Assembly: GCA_005880695.1 (NCBI GenBank)
Contig: VBGR01000037.1
Location: forward strand, 17,584-81,583
Source of the DNA: Chloroflexota bacterium
Lineage (GTDB): Bacteria > Chloroflexota > Dormibacteria > Dormibacterales > Dormibacteraceae
Direction of reading: 5' to 3'
Length of the DNA: 64,000 nt
This document shows positions 21,823 through 30,693 of this stretch, one piece after another; position 1 is the first letter of the stretch; each line of letters opens with the position of its first letter. The notes beneath the pieces are model-generated. The model had not been told where the DNA came from and made no database searches. It worked only from the letters and a program-made list of their open reading frames with translations. The position numbers and the translations under genes were made by a program.

Positions 21823-21944
21823 TGCCCCTTCGCGGGTGCCAAGCCGGGCACCCGGGAATCGTCTGTAACCTACCGATTGTCAGTTGAGACCCTTGTCGCT
21901 ACCATGTGGGCGCTTCAAAAGAAGTTGATCGACCAGGAGGCGCA

Positions 21945-21958
21945 AGAAACGCGTTTCT
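21945..21958. promoter_or_regulatory. Perfect 14-bp palindrome AGAAACGCGTTTCT upstream of flp (candidate operator)
   Basis: Read directly from the sequence. It lies in the comparatively AT-rich 125-bp region between the kinase remnant and the flp start. Confidence 0.3.
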
Positions 21959-22012
21959 CAAGCGGTCATAGATTCAGTTCGTCAACGTCTTGAAAAGGAG
22001 GTGAACAGCTAG

Positions 22013-22189
22013 GTGAACGCTCTTATGTGGAGGCTTCGTGGCCTTCTTACCCGTCAGGAGGGCCAGGGCATGGTCGAGTACGCCCTGATCCTCGTCCTCG
22101 TTTCGATCGTCGTCATCGTCATCCTTCTTACGATGGGCGGCCAGATCAAGAACGTCTTCTCCAACGTCGTAAGCGCTCTCAACTCATAG
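22013..22189 (+). CDS. flp: Flp/Fap family type IVb pilin precursor
   Basis: Not in the ORF track (under 60 aa). Translation is MNALMWRLRGLLTRQEGQG/MVEYALILVLVSIVVIVILLTMGGQIKNVFSNVVSALNS, with the Flp G/xxxxEY processing motif and a hydrophobic helix. SD AAAGGAGG lies at 21995-22002. Start is GTG 22013, or ATG 22025 in the same frame. Confidence 0.8.
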   Translation: MNALMWRLRGLLTRQEGQGMVEYALILVLVSIVVIVILLTMGGQIKNVFSNVVSALNS

Positions 22190-22222
22190 CCCAAGGGGAT
22201 CACCCAAAAGCGCATACCTTCA

Positions 22223-22256
22223 CAGAGAGCCCCGCGATCGGGGCTCTCTGCTTTTC
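22223..22256 (+). terminator. Rho-independent terminator/attenuator after flp
   Basis: Perfect 11-bp stem CAGAGAGCCCC / GGGGCTCTCTG with loop GCGATC, followed by CTTTTC. Confidence 0.6.
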
Positions 22257-22327
22257 AAAACGGTGCCCTATCCCCATAATGGCGGCGACTTACGGCGTCC
22301 CCGCAATTCCCCGGAGGTGAACAACCA

Positions 22328-23215
22328 GTGGCAGTAGCTCCCCAGGCGGCACCCAGGCCCCGAGCGGGCGGTGGTCGTCTCTTCATCATTCTCGGTGTCG
22401 TCATGTTCCTGGTGGCAACCGGCATCCTGATCGCGCTGGGCACCTTCACCAGGGGAGGGGGGAACGGGGGAACCGTCGGCGGAGCCAACACCAAGGTCGT
22501 CTACGCGGCCAAGGACATTCCGCTGCGGACACAGATCTTGAGCCAGGACCAGATCACGGTGAAAACCGTGCCGTCCGACCTGGTTCCGGGCGCTTTCACG
22601 CTCGACAGCGGCATCTCGGATTCGCAGGCGCAGAAGGCAGCCTTCTCGCGGGTGCAGAGCCTGATCGCCGAGGTCAACATCTCGGCCGGCCAGCCCCTCC
22701 TTCAGAACGCGCTGGCCAAGCCTGGTGACATCGTCAGCGGCGCCCAGGCCGCCTTCCTGCCGATCCCGGAGGGCTACGTCGCGTTCACAATCCCGACCAG
22801 CGAGCAGACCGGTGTCGCCGGCAACGTGCAGCCCAACGACTACATCACGGTTCTGGCCACGGCCGGCTCAGGCAAGTCCTCGGCGACGGTGACCATCTTC
22901 ACGCAGCTTCACGTCATCCGGGTCGGCCCCGCCAACCTGACGGTGACCAGCTCTGGCACGACCCAGAACAACTCGGCGCAGCAGGTTGCCAACGCCAGCA
23001 GCCTGACAGTGGTGACCACCGCGTGCCAGTCGGAGCTCATGACCTGGTTTGTCAGCAACGCCCAGCTGCGTTATGAGCTGGAATCGTTCCACGACTACGC
23101 CCCGGCAGTCAGCGGCCCTGACGCGACCTGCCCCAGTGTGACCAAGGCGTCGGGCATCACCGCCGCCGACATCGTGAAGAAGTTTCCCAGCTTCGCGCAG
23201 GCGTACGGGGGCTGA
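22328..23215 (+). CDS. cpaB: Flp pilus assembly protein CpaB/RcpC (SAF domain)
   Basis: N-terminal TM helix, then VVYAAKDIPLRTQILSQDQI (SAF-like) and a beta-rich C-terminus. Position after flp fits. GTG start. Confidence 0.8.
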   Translation: MAVAPQAAPRPRAGGGRLFIILGVVMFLVATGILIALGTFTRGGGNGGTVGGANTKVVYAAKDIPLRTQILSQDQITVKTVPSDLVPGAFTLDSGISDSQAQKAAFSRVQSLIAEVNISAGQPLLQNALAKPGDIVSGAQAAFLPIPEGYVAFTIPTSEQTGVAGNVQPNDYITVLATAGSGKSSATVTIFTQLHVIRVGPANLTVTSSGTTQNNSAQQVANASSLTVVTTACQSELMTWFVSNAQLRYELESFHDYAPAVSGPDATCPSVTKASGITAADIVKKFPSFAQAYGG

Positions 23216-23266
23216 CGCAGGATCAGGCCAGGAGGAACTCCGACGGCGGACAGCCAGCCCATCCGG

Positions 23267-24514
23267 GTGATCATCATCGATGACATCCCGTCGACCGTCG
23301 ACAACCTGAAAAAGCTGTTGAGCTTCGAGAAGGACATCGACGTCGTGGGGACTGCACTCACGGCCGAAGCCGGGATCGCGGAGGTCCGCAACCTGCTGCC
23401 CGACGTCGTCCTCATGGACGTCAACATGCCGGGCCAGGACGGCATCCAAACGACCGAGCTGTTGGTGGCGGAGCCGCCCCACGTGCCTGTCGTGCTGATG
23501 TCGGTCCAGGATGATCGGGAGTACCTGGGCCGCGCCATGCAAGCTGGCGCGCGCGAGTTCCTGGTCAAGCCGTTCAGCGGCGACGAGCTGGTGGCGGCCC
23601 TACGGCGCGTCAACCAGCTGGAGAAGCTGAAACGGCAGCACCTGGTGCCGCTGGTCAGCGAAGAAGCGGCAGCCAAAGACGGCGGTCACAGCAACGGCGC
23701 CGCGGGGCGTCGGGCGAAGGGCGAGATCCATCTCGTCTACAGCGGGAAGGGTGGCGTCGGCAAGTCGATGGTGGCCGTAAACCTGGCCGCCGCCCTGGTT
23801 ACTGAGACCGGTGAGAAGGTCGCCCTGGTGGACTTCGACCTCCAGTTCGGCGACCTTGGCGTCCTGCTTGGTCTCGACTCGGCCCGCAACATCTATCACG
23901 CCGTCGAGAACTTTCACAACATCGACGGCGAGTACATCGACGCGCTGATGCCGGAGGCGCCGGGCGGTTTCAAGGTGCTGCTCGGTCCGCAGAGCCCCGA
24001 GCTGGCGGATCTGGTGTCGACGCAGCACACCAGGATGATCCTGGACATCCTGACCGAGTCCCACGCCCACGTCGTGGTCGACACCAGCTCGCACCTCGGC
24101 GAGGTCGTGGTGGACGCGATCGAGCACGCGTCACACGTCATCCTGGTGATCGACTTGAGCCTGCCGGCCGTAAAGGAGGCGAAGCTTGTCCTCCGCGTGC
24201 TGGAGCGTCTCAAGATCGCGCCCGAGCGGATCCTGCTCGTGGTCAACCGTTCTGACGCCAACTCGGGCATCACGGCGGCGCAGGTCGAGGCCAGCCTCGA
24301 CGTGCCGATCAAAGTCCAGATCCCGAGCGACGGCAAGCTGATGCTGAAGTCACTCGACCGGGCCGAGCCGTTCATCACGCTCTTCCCGGACGCCGACGTG
24401 TCACAACGGATTAGGGAACTCGCCAGCTGTCTGCTACCTTTGCAGGCCGCCGAATCGGCCCGGGCCCGCTCCGGCAAGCGAGCGGCTTTCTGGTCGCGGT
24501 CCGGACCGTCCTGA
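23267..24514 (+). CDS. cpaE: Response-regulator receiver domain fused to CpaE/TadZ-type ParA/MinD ATPase
   Basis: The REC domain has IIDD, VVLMDVNMPG (acceptor Asp), LMSVQ and LVKPF (Lys). It is followed by the deviant Walker A SGKGGVGKS. The GTG start is the earliest start codon in this frame. Confidence 0.8.
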   Translation: MIIIDDIPSTVDNLKKLLSFEKDIDVVGTALTAEAGIAEVRNLLPDVVLMDVNMPGQDGIQTTELLVAEPPHVPVVLMSVQDDREYLGRAMQAGAREFLVKPFSGDELVAALRRVNQLEKLKRQHLVPLVSEEAAAKDGGHSNGAAGRRAKGEIHLVYSGKGGVGKSMVAVNLAAALVTETGEKVALVDFDLQFGDLGVLLGLDSARNIYHAVENFHNIDGEYIDALMPEAPGGFKVLLGPQSPELADLVSTQHTRMILDILTESHAHVVVDTSSHLGEVVVDAIEHASHVILVIDLSLPAVKEAKLVLRVLERLKIAPERILLVVNRSDANSGITAAQVEASLDVPIKVQIPSDGKLMLKSLDRAEPFITLFPDADVSQRIRELASCLLPLQAAESARARSGKRAAFWSRSGPS

Positions 24515-24524
24515 GGTTCATGAA

Positions 24525-26045
24525 ATGGGTCTCTTAGATCGCGTCAACCAGGCCAACCTCCAGCAGCGTCAGGGCGGGTCTGCCGCGGGCGCTACTGTGG
24601 CGGCGCCGCCTGTCGCGCCCTCCGGAAATGGCCCCACGATCGCGCCTCCGCCGCCCGCTCCGCCGCCAAAGGCCCCCGAGCCGCCGAAAGCCGGCGAGCC
24701 GCCGAAGGCCCCCGGTGGCCTGACCGAGCGGGCTGCCACCAGCGGCGGCGCGATCGGCGTCACGCCGCAGTTCGCGGCCGCCAAGACCGCGGTTCACGCG
24801 AAGCTGCTCGAGCAGTACGCCAACAAGATCGACGTGACCGACCGGGAGTTCGTCCGAGAGAAGATCGTCGAGCTCACCGACGAGTACGTGCGCAGCTCCG
24901 GTTTGACGCTGACGCGGCCTGACAAGGAGCGCCTGATCGAGTCACTGATGGACGACATCCTCGGCCTGGGGCCGCTGGAGGTCCTCCTCAACGACCGCGA
25001 GATCACCGAGATCATGATCAACCACCCGAAGCAGATCTATATCGAGCGCAAGGGCGTTCCGATGCTCTCTGAGGTGACCTTCGAAAACGACAAGCAGCTG
25101 ATGCGCGTCATCGACCGCGTCGTCTCCAGCGTCGGCCGCCGCGTCGACGAGTCATCGCCGATGGCCGACGCTCGCTTGAAGGACGGCTCGCGCGTCAACG
25201 TGATCATCCCGCCGCTGGCGCTGAAGGGCCCCTGCATGACCATCCGGAAGTTCTCCAAAGAGAAGATGGGCCCGGCCGATCTGCTCAAGTTCAAGAGCAG
25301 CACCCCAGCCATGAACCAGTTCATGGAGGCGGCCGTCCGCGCCCGGCTCAACCTTCTCGTCTCGGGTGGCACCGGCTCCGGGAAGACCACGCTCCTCAAC
25401 ATCCTCTCCTCCTTCATCCCGGTCGAGGAACGCATCATCACCTGCGAGGACGCGGCCGAGCTGCAGCTGCAACAGGACCACGTCATCACGCTCGAGTCAC
25501 GCCCCGCCAACGTCGAGGGCAAGGGCGCCGTGCCAATTCGGGAGCTGGTCAAGAACTGCCTCCGGATGCGCCCCGACCGGATCATCGTCGGCGAGTGCCG
25601 TGGCGGCGAGGCGCTGGACATGCTCCAGGCCATGAACACCGGCCACGAAGGCTCGATGTCCACACTCCACGCCAACAGCCCGCGAGAGGCTATCGGCCGG
25701 CTCGAAACGCTGGTGTTGATGGCGGGCGCCGACCTGCCCTCACGCGCGATCCGCGACCAGATGGCGTCGGCCGTGCACTACATCGTCCAGCAGCAGCGTC
25801 TGCGAGGCGGTCCCCGCAAGATCGTGAGCATCGCGGAGGTTACCGGTATCGAAAACGGCGAGCTGACCTATGAGGAAATCTTTGTGTTCAAGCAGACCGG
25901 CCTGCGCGACGGCAAGGCTGTCGGTTACCACACGGCGACGGGCATCAAGCCGATCCGGCTCGAGCACATGCGGAGCATGGGCGAGGAGTTGCCGGACGAA
26001 CTCTTCGAGCCCAACAAGGAGCCTCGTGAAGAGGATCTCTACTGA
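24525..26045 (+). CDS. cpaF: Tad pilus secretion ATPase CpaF/TadA (VirB11-like)
   Basis: Walker A SGGTGSGKTT, Asp box ITCEDAAELQL, Walker B RIIVGECRG and His box GSMSTLHANS. Pro-rich N-terminal ~90 aa. Codon 4 is TTA. Confidence 0.9.
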   Translation: MGLLDRVNQANLQQRQGGSAAGATVAAPPVAPSGNGPTIAPPPPAPPPKAPEPPKAGEPPKAPGGLTERAATSGGAIGVTPQFAAAKTAVHAKLLEQYANKIDVTDREFVREKIVELTDEYVRSSGLTLTRPDKERLIESLMDDILGLGPLEVLLNDREITEIMINHPKQIYIERKGVPMLSEVTFENDKQLMRVIDRVVSSVGRRVDESSPMADARLKDGSRVNVIIPPLALKGPCMTIRKFSKEKMGPADLLKFKSSTPAMNQFMEAAVRARLNLLVSGGTGSGKTTLLNILSSFIPVEERIITCEDAAELQLQQDHVITLESRPANVEGKGAVPIRELVKNCLRMRPDRIIVGECRGGEALDMLQAMNTGHEGSMSTLHANSPREAIGRLETLVLMAGADLPSRAIRDQMASAVHYIVQQQRLRGGPRKIVSIAEVTGIENGELTYEEIFVFKQTGLRDGKAVGYHTATGIKPIRLEHMRSMGEELPDELFEPNKEPREEDLY

Positions 26046-26076
26046 GTCAAGTAATGGTTAGGAGGCAGGCACCCTG

Positions 26077-27057
26077 ATGGACATTCCGCACCTCGCCCTG
26101 GCTGTCATCGGGGGCATCGGCATGCTCGCGATATTCGTCGGCCTCGCCCAACGGCGACGCTCCGCCGAGGAGTTCCAGTCGCGACTCGCGCAGTACGGAG
26201 TCCTCGACGGCACGGCCACGGCGGGTCAGCCGCCGCCGGCCGACTTCCGGGAAGGGCTGGCCCGCGTCTTCCAGCCGGCCGCCGACCGGCTGGCCCAGCG
26301 GGGGGCGAAGAAAGGACGCCCCACGCTCACCGAGCAGCTGGCCAAGGCCGACTTGAAGCTGCGCACTTCCGAGTACTTCATGATCCAGGTCGGGATCGTT
26401 GTCTTCCTCGGCCTGGTCGGGCTGCTCCGCTTCGGATTCGGGATCCAGTTCATCGTGATGGCGATCGCGGGCTACTTCATCCCCGGCCTTTACGTGAAGT
26501 TCCGCCAGCGGCGCCGCCTCAAGGCTTTCAACAACCAGCTCGGTGACACCCTGCTCCTGCTCTCCAACGCGCTCAAGGCAGGCTATTCGTTCGCACAGGC
26601 TGTCGACACCGTCGCCAAGAACGCCGCCCCGCCCATCGCCGAGGAGTTCTCGCGAGCGGTTCGAGAGATGAACCTGGGCAGCACTGTCGAGGAGTCCCTG
26701 GCCAACATGGTCAAGCGGATCGAGTCCGACGACCTCGACCTGATGGTGACTGCGGTGGCCATTCACCGCCAGATCGGCGGCAACCTGGCTGAGATCCTCG
26801 ACAACATCGCGTTCACGATCCGGGAGCGGGTCCGCATCAAGGGCCAGATCTCGACGCTCACGGCGAGCGCCAGGGCCTCCGGGCGGCTCATCACCGGCCT
26901 TCCGATCATCCTGGCGATCTTCATGTACTTCGCCACTCCCAGCTACTTCCAGCCGATGACGCAGAACGCGATCGGTTGGATCATCATCGCGGTGGCGGCG
27001 TTCATGATCTTCCTCGGCAACCTGGTCATGAGCCGCGTCACGGCGATCGAGGTCTAA
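26077..27057 (+). CDS. tadB: Tad pilus platform protein TadB (T2SS F family)
   Basis: 326 aa with N- and C-terminal TM helices flanking a T2SSF cytoplasmic domain (LSNALKAGYSF). SD GGAGG precedes the ATG. Confidence 0.8.
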   Translation: MDIPHLALAVIGGIGMLAIFVGLAQRRRSAEEFQSRLAQYGVLDGTATAGQPPPADFREGLARVFQPAADRLAQRGAKKGRPTLTEQLAKADLKLRTSEYFMIQVGIVVFLGLVGLLRFGFGIQFIVMAIAGYFIPGLYVKFRQRRRLKAFNNQLGDTLLLLSNALKAGYSFAQAVDTVAKNAAPPIAEEFSRAVREMNLGSTVEESLANMVKRIESDDLDLMVTAVAIHRQIGGNLAEILDNIAFTIRERVRIKGQISTLTASARASGRLITGLPIILAIFMYFATPSYFQPMTQNAIGWIIIAVAAFMIFLGNLVMSRVTAIEV

Positions 27058-27062
27058 AGAAA

Positions 27063-27995
27063 ATGCCCACCTTCTACCTGCTCGCGATCGTCGGCGGCGC
27101 CGGCGTTTTCCTCTTCTTCTGGGGCATGTATATGGGCAATCGCAGCTCAGCTTCCGGCGACCTCGTCCAGGAACGCCTGCAGGCCTTTGCCGGCAACCGC
27201 CCACTGACGCTTGATGAGGTCGAGCTTCAAAAGCCGTTTGAAGAGCGGTTCATCCGCCCGATGATCGAGCGATTCGGCAAATACCTCGCCGACCGGACGC
27301 CTGACAAAGCCCGCCAGGACCTCCAGAACAAGCTCAACCTTGCCGGCCGGCCGGCCAACCTCTCGCCCTCCGACTTCACGGCACTGCGCTACGGGTCGGC
27401 AATCGTCCTCTTCATCATGGGGCTGCTCGTCGGGCTGCTCTTCCAAAACCCGGTCCTGCTGGCGTTGTCCGCAGCCTTTGGGGCGATCATCGGTTTCGTT
27501 GCGCCCAACTTCTGGCTGAACAGCAAGGTTCGCGGCCGGCGCAAGGAGATTCAGCTCGCCTTGCCTGACGCGATGGACCTGCTGACGATCGCGGTGGAGG
27601 CTGGCCTCGGCTTCGACCAGGCGCTGCAGCGACTGACTTCGAAGTTCCACAACGCGCTCTCCGACGAGTTCAACATCGTGCTCCAGGAGGTCCGGCTCGG
27701 GCGGCCCCGGCTGGAGGCTCTGGACGACATGGGGCGGCGCTGCGGCGTGGATGATCTGCACAACTTCACGCAGGCCGTGATCCAGTCGGAGCAGATGGGC
27801 GTCGGCCTGGCCAAGATCCTGCGGCTCCAGTCGGAGGAAATGCGGCGACGCCGCCGCCAGCGAGCAGAGGAGCTGGCCGCCCAGGCCTCGCTCAAGATGA
27901 TGCTGCCGATGGTCGGCTGCATCTTCCCGACGCTCTGGCTGATCCTCCTGGGCCCGGCGGCGCTGATCATCCTGAAAGTCCAGCACGGCGGCTAA
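27063..27995 (+). CDS. tadC: Tad pilus platform protein TadC (T2SS F family)
   Basis: Track ORF 26976-27995 was trimmed to ATG 27063 (MPTFYLLAIVGG). T2SSF domain with LPDAMDLLTIAVEAGLGFDQAL. Confidence 0.8.
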   Translation: MPTFYLLAIVGGAGVFLFFWGMYMGNRSSASGDLVQERLQAFAGNRPLTLDEVELQKPFEERFIRPMIERFGKYLADRTPDKARQDLQNKLNLAGRPANLSPSDFTALRYGSAIVLFIMGLLVGLLFQNPVLLALSAAFGAIIGFVAPNFWLNSKVRGRRKEIQLALPDAMDLLTIAVEAGLGFDQALQRLTSKFHNALSDEFNIVLQEVRLGRPRLEALDDMGRRCGVDDLHNFTQAVIQSEQMGVGLAKILRLQSEEMRRRRRQRAEELAAQASLKMMLPMVGCIFPTLWLILLGPAALIILKVQHGG

Positions 27996-28066
27996 AGACC
28001 CGCATCGGCGACTTCTCGAACCTGCTGCACCTGGGGGTCCCCTGGTGGGAGCTGATCGTCCGGCCC

Positions 28067-28531
28067 GTGGCGATCTACTTGGCTCTGCTGATCGGACTCC
28101 GCCTGTTCGGGAAGCGGGAGGTCGGCCAGTTCACGCTCTTCGACCTCGTGATGGTCCTGCTGATCGCTAACGCAGTCCAGCCGTCGATGACCGGCCCGGA
28201 CGCCTCGTTGCTGGGCGGCCTGATAATCATCGCCGCCCTCCTTGGCGTGAACCTGGTGGTGGCGCGGCTGGACAAGAATGGGTTCTTCCACCGGCTGCTC
28301 TCGCCCGCCCCGTCGGTGATCATTCACAACGGGCAGTACATCGACCGGAACCTGCGGCGCGAGGGGGTCGACCGCGATGAGTGTGAGATGGCGATGCGCG
28401 AGCACGGCTTCCATGACGTCAAAGAAGTGAAGCTGGGCGTTCTTGAATCAGATGGGTCGATCAGCATCGTCCCCGAGAGCTCGACAGTTCACAAGTCACG
28501 CCGCACCGTCCGCTACGTCCGCCACAACTGA
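28067..28531 (+). CDS. DUF421 (YetF-like) membrane protein
   Basis: LIGLRLFGKREVGQFTLFDLVMVLLIANAVQ is typical of DUF421. The usual N-terminal helix appears encoded upstream of the first canonical start, so the true start may be a non-canonical codon. Confidence 0.65.
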   Translation: MAIYLALLIGLRLFGKREVGQFTLFDLVMVLLIANAVQPSMTGPDASLLGGLIIIAALLGVNLVVARLDKNGFFHRLLSPAPSVIIHNGQYIDRNLRREGVDRDECEMAMREHGFHDVKEVKLGVLESDGSISIVPESSTVHKSRRTVRYVRHN

Positions 28532-28532
28532 G

Positions 28533-29711
28533 GTGGATAGCGGCCTCGCAAGTGGCCCCTTCGGGCTGACCGGGGTGCTGCCGCCCCGGTCCGGGCGGCT
28601 CCTACGGATCGGGCTCCTGGCCGGCCTCTTCGAGCTGACCCTCTACAACGCCTACCAGTACGCCTCCTGGATCCCGCGGGGGCTGGCCTGGAACGACTTC
28701 CGGCTCTTCTACGCCGCTGCCACCATCGGCCTGCGCCACGGCTGGAGTCACATCTACGATCCCGACCTCCAGCGGGCGGCGGTGCAGGCGGCTTGGCCGG
28801 CCGGCCCGGAGGTCCGTTGGTTCCCCTTCGTGAACCCCCCGCCGGTGGCCTGGCTGATGGCGCCCCTGACCAGCCTGCGGGCCCCCGTCGCCTACGTGCC
28901 CTGGGTGCTGTTCGTGTCCGGCTGCCTGGTCGCGGCAGCCCTGCTCCTGGCGCCGCGCGACCTGCTCACGCGTGGCATCTATGTGGGCCTGGCCCTCGGC
29001 TTCCTGCCAACGTTCGTCGCGATCGCCTACGGCCAGCTTGGCCCGCTGGTCGCAGTGGCGCTGGCGGGCTCCTGGCTGCTGCTGCGCGCTCGTCGGGAGG
29101 TGGCCGGCGGCCTGCTCCTCAGCGCCATCGCGCTGAAGCCGCAGCTGGCGCTCCTGGTCCCACTGGCGCTCCTCGCGGCCGGCTACTGGCGCGCGTTTGT
29201 GGCCGCATCCGCCGCCGGCGCTGCACTGACCGCGCTTTCGCTCGCCAGCCTGGGGCTGCACGGCCTCGCCTATTACCGGATGCTGGCGGGAAGCCTGTTC
29301 GCGGACGCCTATTTCCAGCGCTGGTCGCTGACCCCTCTCGTCGGTGACGGCTGGCCCTGGGTGGTGGCGGTGCTGGTGGTCGCAGCCGCGACGCTGCTGG
29401 TCGCGCGAGCCCACCGGGGCGATGCCGGCGCCGCGATCGCTCTCGGCGTCGCTGGCTCGCTGCTGACGAACCACTATCTGACGGCGAGCGACTTCACCAT
29501 CCTGCTGATACCCATCTGGCTGCTGCTGCGCCGGCGCCAGCCGGCCTGGGTCCTGGCAATCCTGGCCGGCTGCTGGCTGGCGGGCTGGTTCTCGCTGGCC
29601 TTCGGGTGGCCGGTCGTGGTCTTTGAGCTGGCGCTGGTGGCGTCGCTTGCCCTTACTCCGCGAGGAACTCCAGCGCTCGCTCCTTCAGTGCTCGCGCCGG
29701 CACCGCCGTAG
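28533..29711 (+). CDS. Polytopic membrane protein, GT87/DUF2029-like putative mannosyltransferase
   Basis: About 392 aa with more than 9 TM helices and the segment LLSAIALKPQLALLVP. GTG 28533 lies directly after the DUF421 stop (track ORF started at 28443). Family assignment is tentative. Confidence 0.55.
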   Translation: MDSGLASGPFGLTGVLPPRSGRLLRIGLLAGLFELTLYNAYQYASWIPRGLAWNDFRLFYAAATIGLRHGWSHIYDPDLQRAAVQAAWPAGPEVRWFPFVNPPPVAWLMAPLTSLRAPVAYVPWVLFVSGCLVAAALLLAPRDLLTRGIYVGLALGFLPTFVAIAYGQLGPLVAVALAGSWLLLRARREVAGGLLLSAIALKPQLALLVPLALLAAGYWRAFVAASAAGAALTALSLASLGLHGLAYYRMLAGSLFADAYFQRWSLTPLVGDGWPWVVAVLVVAAATLLVARAHRGDAGAAIALGVAGSLLTNHYLTASDFTILLIPIWLLLRRRQPAWVLAILAGCWLAGWFSLAFGWPVVVFELALVASLALTPRGTPALAPSVLAPAPP

Positions 29712-30402
29712 CGTGGTCGCGGCCGGGCACCTCGAAGTAGATCGCGCCGGGGATCATCCCGGCCAGCTCCTTGGCGCCACGGGCGATCGGGTCCTCACCG
29801 CCCACCGCGACCAGGACCGGCGTGCGGATTTTGGCCAGCATCTCGGCAGTGAGGGGAGTGTCGGACCCGAGGGCAAGGCAAGCCAGGGCCTCCAGGTCGT
29901 TATTCGGCACGCGTATGGCGAAGTCGTGGAACATGACCGCGATCGGATCGTCGACGGACTCATCGCCGCGGAGCCGCCGCGCGACAGTCTCGGTGGAGGG
30001 CCCGATGCCGCGGAGGCCGTGCTTGCCGAGGCCGGCCAGAACAGACTTGCGCACTCGTGCTGGGTGGTCGACCAGCGTTCGCAGGCCGATCTGAGAGCCC
30101 ATCGAGTAGCCGACGTAGTCAGCCCGCTCGAGGGCCAGGTGGTCGAGGAGCGCCACCACGTCCGCGACCAGGTTGTGACCATAGGCGGCGGGATCGTGAG
30201 GCTTATCGCTGGCCCCGTGGCCGCGTGGCTCGAGGCCGATGACGCGGCGGCCGGCGGCGACGAACGTCTCCTGCCAGCGGGAGCCGACCCAGTTGATCTG
30301 GTAGTTGCTGCAGTAGCCGTTTACGAAGACGGTGGGCGGACCTTCCTCGGGGCCGTGCAGCTCGTAGTGGAGCCGGACGCCCTGATTCTCAAAATGCGGC
30401 AT
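29653..30402 (-). CDS. Alpha/beta-fold hydrolase
   Basis: Track ORF 29653-30864 was trimmed to ATG 30402 (MPHFENQGVRLHYELHG). Nucleophile elbow GYSMGS and a C-terminal GRDH histidine region. Its 3' end overlaps the convergent GT87-like gene by 59 nt. Confidence 0.8.
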   Translation of the reverse strand: MPHFENQGVRLHYELHGPEEGPPTVFVNGYCSNYQINWVGSRWQETFVAAGRRVIGLEPRGHGASDKPHDPAAYGHNLVADVVALLDHLALERADYVGYSMGSQIGLRTLVDHPARVRKSVLAGLGKHGLRGIGPSTETVARRLRGDESVDDPIAVMFHDFAIRVPNNDLEALACLALGSDTPLTAEMLAKIRTPVLVAVGGEDPIARGAKELAGMIPGAIYFEVPGRDHATAVPARALKERALEFLAE

Positions 30403-30429
30403 GTCCGCGATAGTAGGATTTCGGCTCCA

Positions 30430-30693
30430 GTGGCCAACTTCATCCGGGTCGTGCACCGCCAGGGCTGGGACGTCGAGCAGGTCGGCGAGGAGAGGAAGCG
30501 GAGCTTCCCGACCCGCGACGAGGCCATGGCGTTCGCGACCGGCGAGGAGCCGGACTGGATCGAGGTGGGGGAGGTGGTCTACGAGACGCCGGAGGTGCCC
30601 CAGCACCACCGGTGGTCGACGCTCCGCCGGCGGCCCGACGGCACCTACCAGGAAACCGGCCTGAAATGGGGTGGCAAACCTGCCCCGCGCTGA
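30430..30693 (+). CDS. Small hypothetical protein (DUF2188-like)
   Basis: This is the 3' part of track ORF 29623-30693; the rest of that ORF is antisense to the hydrolase. The segment HRQGWDVEQVGEERKRSFPTRDEAMAFA resembles DUF2188. The start is uncertain (ATG 30394 or GTG 30430). Confidence 0.4.
   Translation: MANFIRVVHRQGWDVEQVGEERKRSFPTRDEAMAFATGEEPDWIEVGEVVYETPEVPQHHRWSTLRRRPDGTYQETGLKWGGKPAPR

Noticed and set aside
22027-22320. 97-aa track ORF overlapping the flp region
   Set aside because: It is in a different frame from the Flp pilin, runs through the terminator hairpin and has no features. The Flp reading has an SD sequence, the processing motif and a hydrophobic helix.
26047-27204. 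385-aa minus-strand ORF
   Set aside because: It is antisense to tadB/tadC, and the plus-strand T2SSF proteins are well supported.
29623-30393. 5' part of the 356-aa track ORF 29623-30693
   Set aside because: It is antisense to the alpha/beta hydrolase. Only the 3' DUF2188-like portion, beyond the hydrolase start, is plausible.
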